From contig JBDHAB010000010.1 of the NCBI GenBank assembly GCA_039588295.1, positions 1 to 64,000 of the forward strand: a stretch of 64,000 bases of DNA, given 5' to 3'. A model generated the notes under the pieces. That model did not search any database. It saw only the letters and a list, made by a program, of their open reading frames with translations, and was not told the DNA's origin. Positions 8,735-16,422 of the stretch are shown here, in pieces. This stretch comes from Gemmatimonadota bacterium (GTDB lineage: Bacteria; Gemmatimonadota; Gemmatimonadetes; Gemmatimonadales; GWC2-71-9). The position numbers were made by a program, and so were the translations under genes. How positions within the stretch are numbered: position 1 is the stretch's first letter; each line of letters begins with the position of its first letter.

Positions 8735-10474
8735 GTGTCATCGAAGAAATCCGCAAAACGAGTGGCGAAGCCGACGGCTTCGCGTTCCCCAAAAACGACC
8801 AAGCAAGTCAAGAAACGCGCGAAGCCGTCGGCACGTCCGGCGAAGCGGCAGGCCGCGCGGTCCGGGGTCGACCTGTTGCACGATCCTCGGCTCAACAAGG
8901 GAACCGCGTTCACCGAGGCCGAGCGCGACGCGCTGGGACTGCGAGGGCTACTGCCACCACATATCCACAGCATGGAGGAACAACAGGCCCGCGTACTTGA
9001 GAACTTTCGACTCAAACCCAACGCACTCGAGAAGTACATCTTCTTGACCGCGCTGCAGGACCGCAACGAGACGCTCTTCTACCGTACGGTGATCGACAAC
9101 ATTTACGAGATGACGCCGATCATCTACACACCCACGGTGGGTGAGGCATGTGCCAAGTACGGGCACATCTTCCGCCGTCCCCGTGGCCTCTACGTCACGG
9201 CAAACGACCGCGGACGCATGGCCGACGTGTTGCGAAACTGGCCTGTGAAAGACGTGGCGATCATCGTCGTGACCGATGGCGAGCGGATTCTCGGACTGGG
9301 CGATCTGGGCGCAGACGGCATGGGGATCCCCATCGGAAAGCTCTCGCTGTACACCGCCTGCGCTGGGGTCCATCCACGCCGTGCGCTGCCCATCACTTTG
9401 GACATCGGAACGAACAACGAGGGCCTGCTCAACGATCCCCTCTACATCGGGCTCAAGCAGCGCCGCCTGCGAGGAGAGGAATACGATCAACTCGTGGACG
9501 AGTTCATGGAAGCGGCGCAGCGAGCGTTTCCCGGCGTGCTCATTCAGTTCGAAGATTTTGCCACGCTGAACGCGTTCCGGCTTCTGAAGAAGTACCGCAA
9601 TCGACTTTGCACGTTCAATGACGATATCCAGGGGACCGCCGCGGTGACCCTCGCCGGAATGCTCGGCGCGACTCGGATCAGCAAGCAGGATATCACCCAA
9701 CAGCGTGTGCTGTTTCTCGGAGCAGGAGAGGCGGGGATCGGCATCGCCGGCCTCATCGTCTCGGCAATGGTGCGGGAGGGTGTGCCTCACCAAGAGGCGA
9801 AGGGCCGCATGTGGTTTGTGGACTCCAAGGGCCTCGTGGTGGAATCTCGCAAGGACCTCGCCGAGCACAAGATCCCGTACGCCCGCGACCATGCGGCCGT
9901 GACCGATTTGCTGTCTGCGGTCAAGGCCGCCCGACCGACGGCGCTCATCGGCGTGTCAGGCAGGCCGCAGTCGTTCACCGAGCCAGTCGTTCGGGCCGTC
10001 ACGGAGCTCAACGAGCACCCGATTGTCTTCGCGCTCTCCAACCCGACCTCCAAAGCCGAGTGCACCGCCGAGCAGGCGTATCAGTGGACCAACGGGCGGG
10101 GCATTTACGCCAGCGGAAGCCCGTTCGAACCCGTAGAATACCTGGGCAAGCGCCACGTTCCGACTCAGGGGAACAACGCCTACATCTTCCCCGGACTGGG
10201 GTTGGGCGCGATTCTGTCGGGTGCCAAATTTGTCACGGACGAGATGTTCTACACCGCCGCCAAAGCAGTAGCCAACATGACCACCGAGTCGATGCTCGCT
10301 CAGGGGTCGGTTCTCCCGCCGCTCACGGAGATCCGTGAGGTATCGGCCACGATCGCGACCGCCGTAGCCGAGTACGCGTGGGACGAAGAGCTCGCCACTA
10401 GACCACGGCCCAGTGATGTTCTCGCATACGTCCGATCCCAGATGTACGACCCGCGGTACGAGAGCTACGTGTGA
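8735..10474 (+). CDS. maeA: NAD(P)-dependent malic enzyme (large SfcA/MaeA type) with basic N-terminal extension
   Basis: NKGTAFT, PIIYTPTVGEAC, VTDGERILGLGDLG, QFEDFA, FNDDIQGTA, GAGEAGIG, LSNPT, QGNNAYIFPG. Probable GTG start at 8735 after GGAGGGG. Confidence 0.93.
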   Translation: MSSKKSAKRVAKPTASRSPKTTKQVKKRAKPSARPAKRQAARSGVDLLHDPRLNKGTAFTEAERDALGLRGLLPPHIHSMEEQQARVLENFRLKPNALEKYIFLTALQDRNETLFYRTVIDNIYEMTPIIYTPTVGEACAKYGHIFRRPRGLYVTANDRGRMADVLRNWPVKDVAIIVVTDGERILGLGDLGADGMGIPIGKLSLYTACAGVHPRRALPITLDIGTNNEGLLNDPLYIGLKQRRLRGEEYDQLVDEFMEAAQRAFPGVLIQFEDFATLNAFRLLKKYRNRLCTFNDDIQGTAAVTLAGMLGATRISKQDITQQRVLFLGAGEAGIGIAGLIVSAMVREGVPHQEAKGRMWFVDSKGLVVESRKDLAEHKIPYARDHAAVTDLLSAVKAARPTALIGVSGRPQSFTEPVVRAVTELNEHPIVFALSNPTSKAECTAEQAYQWTNGRGIYASGSPFEPVEYLGKRHVPTQGNNAYIFPGLGLGAILSGAKFVTDEMFYTAAKAVANMTTESMLAQGSVLPPLTEIREVSATIATAVAEYAWDEELATRPRPSDVLAYVRSQMYDPRYESYV

Positions 10475-11820
10475 CCCGATCGCTGAAATGGCACCTCGTT
10501 GTCGCGGCCGTTCTCGTCGCGGTTGCTGTGCCCCTCGAGGCACAAACGCGCGAGCGAGAGGCCGTCGACTCGATCTTCCGTGCATGGGATCGGCCCGGTT
10601 CGCCTGGTTGCGCCCTCGCCGTCGTGGAGGGTGGGGCCGTGGCGTACGCGCAGGGGTACGGTTATGCCAACCTCGAACGAGGCACCCCGATCACGCCCAA
10701 CGGGGTGTTCTACATCGCATCGGTCTCAAAGCAGCTCACAGCGGCGAGCATTGTGTTGCTGGCACTCGAAGGCAAGATCTCGCTCGACGACGACGTTCGG
10801 ACGTATGTACCAGAGCTGCCGGATTACGGTCAGACCATCACGATTCGGCATCTGCTGAACCACACGAGTGGATTGCGCGATTACCTGACCCTTATGGAAG
10901 CGGCGGGTATGTCCCTGGAGGAAGAGCAGTCTCCAGAGAACATTCTCGCCCTGGTCGCGCGGCAGGAACAGCTGAATTTCCCACCGGGAACGGAGTACCT
11001 CTATAGCAACACCGGATACTTCCTGATTCCGATCATCATCCAACGCGTCACGGGAATCACGATCCACGAGTATGCTGCCGCCAGGCTCTTCAGCCCGCTG
11101 GGCATGTCACGCACACGGTTTCACGACGACTACCGTACACCCGTCGACAATCGTGTGTGGAGCTACCGACCAGCCGACGACGAGGGCTTCGAGCTCGCGT
11201 TCCTCGAGAAGTTCGACCAGGTGGGCTCGGGAGGAGTACTGACAACCGTCGGAGATCTCGCCCTGTGGGACGAGAATCTTCACACCGGCACGGTGGGCGG
11301 CGAGCAATTGCTGCATCTCATGCAAACGCGAGGCGTACTCGCCACCGGGGATACGCTGGACTACGCGCTCGGCCTCGTGATCGGGACGTACAAGGGATTG
11401 CGCACGGTCTCACACGGCGGGTCGATGATGGGATTTCGCACCCACCTGCTGCGATTCCCCAACCAGCGACTGAGTGTCATCTGCCTGTGCAACCTCGCAA
11501 ACATCGATCCAGGAGCACTGGCGCGTCAGGTGGCGGATGTGTATCTGACGGATCCGCTGAATCAGAGCCTCACTCCGTACGGCGGACGCTACGTCTCAGC
11601 GGAACTCGGTGTCAGTTGGACCATTCGGGTGGACGGCAGCGACCTGATACTGGAGCGACCGGGAGAGGATGCCCCCGCCGAACTGGAATCCCAAGGCACG
11701 GACGCGTTCAGCCCTCGGCGCGGCGTAGTCCTCGAATTCGAGCGGGATGCCGAGGACCACGTAACGGGCTTTCGACTCAACACTGGACGTGCGAACGGCA
11801 TCGAATTTGTGAGACGCTGA
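10471..11820 (+). CDS. Exported serine hydrolase, beta-lactamase/D-aminopeptidase-like (S12)
   Basis: Signal peptide; ASVSK (SxxK), LLNHTSG, YLYSNTGY, SHGG; C-terminal beta domain; 4-nt overlap with the malic enzyme stop. Confidence 0.9.
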   Translation: MTRSLKWHLVVAAVLVAVAVPLEAQTREREAVDSIFRAWDRPGSPGCALAVVEGGAVAYAQGYGYANLERGTPITPNGVFYIASVSKQLTAASIVLLALEGKISLDDDVRTYVPELPDYGQTITIRHLLNHTSGLRDYLTLMEAAGMSLEEEQSPENILALVARQEQLNFPPGTEYLYSNTGYFLIPIIIQRVTGITIHEYAAARLFSPLGMSRTRFHDDYRTPVDNRVWSYRPADDEGFELAFLEKFDQVGSGGVLTTVGDLALWDENLHTGTVGGEQLLHLMQTRGVLATGDTLDYALGLVIGTYKGLRTVSHGGSMMGFRTHLLRFPNQRLSVICLCNLANIDPGALARQVADVYLTDPLNQSLTPYGGRYVSAELGVSWTIRVDGSDLILERPGEDAPAELESQGTDAFSPRRGVVLEFERDAEDHVTGFRLNTGRANGIEFVRR

Positions 11821-11869
11821 ACCCGGTCACCTGGTGCACCGCACCGAAGAGCCGGACCGCACTCTCTCT

Positions 11870-12793
11870 CTACGGCTCCAAGTCCACGCGGTAACTCATC
11901 ACGAACTCCAAGAACCGTGAGACCTCGGGCACATCTCTGCCCACGTACCGGACGCTGTGCGCGTCGATGCGCTCAACTGAGGGCAGGTATGCCAGGACCT
12001 GAGACGGTCGATAGCTCTTGAAGCGTATCTCCAGCGCCACCGGCGTCGCGAGCCGGTACGGCTCAAAATCGTGGAGCCTGCCGAGTGCCGCCCGGGTCCG
12101 TTCCTCGATGAGCTGGGACGCCGCCGCCGGCGTGAGTGAGCGTGCCGAATGAAAGCCATAGTTTCGTTTGACGACGGCAGCTTCGACGTCGCCCAACAGG
12201 GCTTGCGCCTCCGAGACCGCCGCGTCGTCTCCGGTGACCAAGATGACGGGGACTCCGAAGTGACCGGCAATCGCCGCGCTCAAACCGGCCTCGGGGATCG
12301 ATCTGCCGTTCAGCCGGACGTCGGCGAGGCGCGCGCTGGAGATGGTATGGGCTCGGACGCCGTCCGGATTCGTTGTACCGGCGTGATAGCCCAGCAGCAC
12401 AGCGCCCGCGAATGTGGAATCGATGCCCTGCATCATCATCAGCGGTCGCGGCCACGCGCGGATGACTTCGATATCGTCCGGTAGCATGTCGAGGAGGAGA
12501 TTCTGACCGTTTCCGTGGGAGTCACTCACCAGGATCTCCGTCACCCCAGCCGCCCGCGCTCCTCGGATGACCGCCAGTACCTCTCGTGTCATGAATTCCC
12601 TGAAGGCGGCATACTCGAACCCTTGTGGGCCAAGTTGATCGGGCGTTACCACGCCCGCAACACCTTCCATGTCGGCTGAGATGTAAAGCTTCCGTGCGGC
12701 CGTTTGTCCGTGCGCCGGCAGCGCGATGCTGACCAGCGCTCCCGAGAGGCAGGTCAGCAGGCAACCGTGTCGAATCTTCTTTGGGTAGCGCAT
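11870..12793 (-). CDS. M55 family D-aminopeptidase (DppA-like) with signal peptide
   Basis: LYISADMEG, VSDSHG, LMMMQG, LGYHA, AHT, VTGDD. Start moved to ATG 12793, just after the dodecin stop. Confidence 0.9.
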   Translation of the reverse strand: MRYPKKIRHGCLLTCLSGALVSIALPAHGQTAARKLYISADMEGVAGVVTPDQLGPQGFEYAAFREFMTREVLAVIRGARAAGVTEILVSDSHGNGQNLLLDMLPDDIEVIRAWPRPLMMMQGIDSTFAGAVLLGYHAGTTNPDGVRAHTISSARLADVRLNGRSIPEAGLSAAIAGHFGVPVILVTGDDAAVSEAQALLGDVEAAVVKRNYGFHSARSLTPAAASQLIEERTRAALGRLHDFEPYRLATPVALEIRFKSYRPSQVLAYLPSVERIDAHSVRYVGRDVPEVSRFLEFVMSYRVDLEP

Positions 12794-12795
12794 GT

Positions 12796-13005
12796 TCAGT
12801 CTTCCAGCGTGAAGCCGATCTTCACCGCCACCTGCCAGTGCCCAACTGCTCCATTCTCCAGATGGCCGCGGATCTGGTCGACTTCGAGCCACCGCATGTT
12901 CCGCACGGTCTTGCCGGCACGTGCGACCGCGTTTTCGATCGCGCGCTCGAGGCTCTCCGAGGAAGTGCCAACGAGCTCTGTGGTCTTGTAGACGTGGTCC
13001 GTCAT
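12796..13005 (-). CDS. Dodecin (flavin-binding protein)
   Basis: [15 protein letters not shown]...AIENAV.RA.KT.RN.RW.EV...[11 protein letters not shown], 69 aa. Confidence 0.95.
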   Translation of the reverse strand: MTDHVYKTTELVGTSSESLERAIENAVARAGKTVRNMRWLEVDQIRGHLENGAVGHWQVAVKIGFTLED

Positions 13006-13238
13006 ACACCGTCCTCGTTGCAGGGTTCATCTTTCCGTCCGCGCGACGCCGCGTGCTTCCTGGAGCACGTACAATATCCCGCCGTCATCGATCCGGCCAG
13101 CTGCCGGTGGCTGACGAGTCGCCGGAGCGGCTTGCCCGGAGTGATCCTGGGAGGCAACTTACCGTCCCACGCGGTGCGGTTGGCCCCGTCCCACGTCCAC
13201 GGCACTCCAAGACGACGCGCAACTGCCAGATCGTGACG

Positions 13239-14282
13239 ATGCCATCCCCTCGCCTACGCCAAGCACGCGCCCCGACTCGAAGCATCCGCCGGAGACTCTT
13301 CCGGTTTGCCATCGCGTATACGTCGGTGGCCGCGGTAGGGACCCTCGGATACATGGCCCTCGAGGGCTGGCGCCTGCCAGAGGCGCTCTACATGACCGTC
13401 ATCACCCTGTCAACGGTCGGCTTCAGCGAGGTGCGGCCACTCTCAGAGGTTGGCCGCTTCTTCACCGCCGGGCTGATCGTCGCCGGGGTGGGCGCCGTTG
13501 CATATGTCTTTGCCGCAATCAGCCAGTACGTCATCAGTGGTGAACTCAGTGGATCCCTGCGAAGGTCACGTATGCACCAGCGAATCGATGCGACCAGTGG
13601 ACATTTCATCGTGTGCGGCTACGGCCGCGTCGGCCAGCAGGTCGTGGTAGACCTGCTGGAGGAACGCCGCCAAAGCGTCGTCGTAGAGTCACATGCCGAT
13701 GCATTGTCTGACGCCCCACCAGGGGTTCTCTCAGTGATCGGCGATGCCTCGGACGACGACGTCCTCGGCCTGGCCGGCATCGCGCGAGCCAGCGGCCTCG
13801 TTGCCGCGACCGGAGACGATGCGATCAACCTCTTCATCACGTTGAGCGCACGCACACTCAATCCAGACCTCTGTATCGTGGCGCGGGCCAACCAACCGGC
13901 CAGCGAGCCCAAGCTCCTCCGCGCTGGCGCGACACACGTCATCTCACCGTATCGTATCAGTGGCCGCCGGATGGCCCGCCAGCTGTTGTATCCCTCGATC
14001 GTCGACTTTCTCGACGTCGTCATGCATTCAGGCGGTCTGGAGCTGTTTCTGGAGGAATACACCGTGCAGCCCGACAGCGACCTGCACGGCAAAACAGTGG
14101 CGGAAGCAGAAGTGCGCACCCGTAGCGGCGCGAACGTCCTTGCCGTCCGGCGACACGACCAAGGGTCGATCGTGACCAACCCGCCGTCGGAGATGCGGTT
14201 CGAGCCTGGGGACATGCTGATCGTGCTGGGAACACACCAACAACTGGAAGCGCTGAGCGGACTCGCAGCAGCTGCTGCGTGA
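13239..14282 (+). CDS. Two-TM potassium channel protein with TrkA-N/TrkA-C (RCK) domains
   Basis: ALYMTVITLSTVGFSEV pore segment, HFIVCGYGRVG, GDAS, AGATHVISPY, C-terminal RCK_C (GDMLIVLG). Start approximate (13233 or 13239). Confidence 0.9.
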   Translation: MPSPRLRQARAPTRSIRRRLFRFAIAYTSVAAVGTLGYMALEGWRLPEALYMTVITLSTVGFSEVRPLSEVGRFFTAGLIVAGVGAVAYVFAAISQYVISGELSGSLRRSRMHQRIDATSGHFIVCGYGRVGQQVVVDLLEERRQSVVVESHADALSDAPPGVLSVIGDASDDDVLGLAGIARASGLVAATGDDAINLFITLSARTLNPDLCIVARANQPASEPKLLRAGATHVISPYRISGRRMARQLLYPSIVDFLDVVMHSGGLELFLEEYTVQPDSDLHGKTVAEAEVRTRSGANVLAVRRHDQGSIVTNPPSEMRFEPGDMLIVLGTHQQLEALSGLAAAAA

Positions 14283-14302
14283 GCACCCGACACCCGCACA
14301 TG

Positions 14303-14343
14303 CACAACGCGGTCGGGTACCACCGGTACCCGACCGCGTTGTG
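14303..14343. terminator. Perfect 19-bp inverted repeat between convergent genes (probable bidirectional terminator)
   Basis: CACAACGCGGTCGGGTACC-acc-GGTACCCGACCGCGTTGTG between stops at 14282(+) and 14360(-); no U-tract. Confidence 0.7.
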
Positions 14344-14359
14344 TACCCAGTGACCCTCG

Positions 14360-14893
14360 CTACTGACTCAACGAGCTCGTGAACAAATAGTCGTTGTCGG
14401 CCTTACTGGCGTGACATCCCTGACACCCACCGACACGCCCGGAGGCTTCCACCGTCCCGTCGGTGAGTCGCTTCAGGAAGAACCAATCGCCAACGTCCGC
14501 GTTGTACCCCTCGGACTTGAACATGACGGTGACAGCCGCCAGCATGCTGTCCGGCATGTAGTTCTCCTTCACCACGATCGCGCCGGCCGGCATCATGCCG
14601 GCACCACTCGTGATCGCGTTGAGCGCCGACTCGTTGACATAGGTGGTGAGGAGCATTCCGTGGGGCTCCGTCCCGGCATAGAGGGCATCCTTACCCGGCC
14701 ACATCGACCAGTTCTGGTAGCCGGCATCTTCCAGGTGCGCCCACACGGCCTCCGCCGTGGTATCGGGCATCGCCGCCTGCATCGTCGGCGCCTCCTCGGC
14801 CGGTGCCTCCTCGGCCGGCGCCTCCTCCTGCTCCTGCGCGCATGCCAGGCCCAGTACAACGACCATCGCAAGCCAGCCCATCGCCTTTCTCAT
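14360..14893 (-). CDS. Cytochrome P460 family lipoprotein
   Basis: Lipobox LGLAC, EEAPA linker repeats, YQNW, TTYVN, GAIVVKENY, GDWFF, C-terminal CQGCH and DYLF. Confidence 0.8.
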   Translation of the reverse strand: MRKAMGWLAMVVVLGLACAQEQEEAPAEEAPAEEAPTMQAAMPDTTAEAVWAHLEDAGYQNWSMWPGKDALYAGTEPHGMLLTTYVNESALNAITSGAGMMPAGAIVVKENYMPDSMLAAVTVMFKSEGYNADVGDWFFLKRLTDGTVEASGRVGGCQGCHASKADNDYLFTSSLSQ

Positions 14894-14962
14894 CCTGCGT
14901 TCCCCCCTTGCTGAGTGACTGCAATTGGCGACGCCCCGTGGGCGCCCCGTCTCCCGTAGCCG

Positions 14963-16417
14963 TCAGTGCCCTCGTTCGCGAGGCAGGGCCTCCGGCATAT
15001 CCGCGACAACGTACGCCATCACCGCCATGGCCGCAACACACAATGCCATCTCGCGCGGATCCAACTTATCGATCGTGTCGGCATCAGTGTGGTGGTACCA
15101 GAAGTACTTCGATCCATCGACCGAAAGCCCCATTCCCGGCACGCCGGCACGCATCAGCGGGCCGATATCGGCGCCACCCCCAGGCCGTGTGACGGTGCCT
15201 GCCTCGATCCGGTCGAGGAGTGTGCCGACCTCCGCTACGACGGCGTACGCGTCGTCCGAACCACCGAACCCGAATCCCCGTGGTTTGAAGACTCCGCCAT
15301 CGGATTCGATTGCCAGAACATGCTGATCCATCTCACTGCGATGGGCTTCCCGATAGGCCGTCGCACCGCGCAGCCCGTTCTCCTCGTTCGTCCATAATAC
15401 GACGCGAAGGGTGCGCCGGGGCTGCAATCCCAACTGTTGGATCAGGCGCACGGCCTCCCACGCCGCGACGCTCCCCCCACCATCGTCCATCGCTCCCTGG
15501 CCGACATCCCACGAATCGATGTGCCCCCCGAGTACGACCACCTCCTCAGGGTGTTCGGATCCGACCAGCTCCGCTACGACGTTGCGCGACGGCACATCGG
15601 GCAGCGTTCGCGCGCCCAGTTCGAGTCGAACCACCACGCGCTCCCCCCGATCGGCCATCCGCTGGATGAGCTCCGCGTCTTCGACCGTGATCGCCGCGTA
15701 CGGAATGCGGGGTACGCCGTCGGCGTATCCCATGGCGCCGGTGTGGGGTGTCTGGAGCGAGTACGGGGTGACCGAGCGGAGCAGACCGGCAATGGCACCG
15801 GCCCGCGCCGCCCAAATCGCCCCAGCTCCGCGGTACCGCACCGTTTGACCGTACGCGGTAAACGGAACGTTGAACAGCACGATCTTGCCCTCCGCTTCAC
15901 TCGCCCGCTCCCGCAGTTCGTCTACGCTTCCCACCACCATCACCTCACCCGTGACGCCTCCGGGTGGGGTGCCCACGGTGCCCCCCAGGCCCAGTACTGG
16001 CAGCGCCCGCTGACGCGGCGCCAGCATTTCGGCGTTCTCGTCTCCCCGCACCCAATGTGGCACCATGACCTGTTCCCCGTGGACGTTCTCCAAGCCGTCG
16101 CGCCGCATCTCCTCCATGATCCAGTCCAGTGCCAGTTCCAGGTTCTCCGAGCCACTGAAGCGATGACCGAACCGATCAACCAGGGCGGCCAGACGTTGGT
16201 AGGCCGAACTGTCTGCCAGTGCGGCATCGATGATCCGGTCGGCAACGGCTTGATATCGCGGCACGATCGACTGGGCCTGTGCCTCGAACGGCTGGGTCAG
16301 CGCCAGCAGCGCCAGCAGGCCGCCGCCCGTGACCCGAACCGAACTACGCGACGGGTGAGGAATCGCACCGCTTCGTCTAGTCCGTCGCCGCACCGCCCTC
16401 GCCTCCGGATCGAGCAT
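14963..16417 (-). CDS. M28 family metallopeptidase (carboxypeptidase Q-like, PA domain), exported
   Basis: FGHRFSGS, VPHWVRG, PHTG, GGHIDSWDVGQGAMDDGGG, WTNEENG, IESDGG, YFWYHHTDADT. True start may be somewhat downstream. Confidence 0.92.
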   Translation of the reverse strand: MLDPEARAVRRRTRRSGAIPHPSRSSVRVTGGGLLALLALTQPFEAQAQSIVPRYQAVADRIIDAALADSSAYQRLAALVDRFGHRFSGSENLELALDWIMEEMRRDGLENVHGEQVMVPHWVRGDENAEMLAPRQRALPVLGLGGTVGTPPGGVTGEVMVVGSVDELRERASEAEGKIVLFNVPFTAYGQTVRYRGAGAIWAARAGAIAGLLRSVTPYSLQTPHTGAMGYADGVPRIPYAAITVEDAELIQRMADRGERVVVRLELGARTLPDVPSRNVVAELVGSEHPEEVVVLGGHIDSWDVGQGAMDDGGGSVAAWEAVRLIQQLGLQPRRTLRVVLWTNEENGLRGATAYREAHRSEMDQHVLAIESDGGVFKPRGFGFGGSDDAYAVVAEVGTLLDRIEAGTVTRPGGGADIGPLMRAGVPGMGLSVDGSKYFWYHHTDADTIDKLDPREMALCVAAMAVMAYVVADMPEALPRERGH

Positions 16418-16422
16418 GATGG

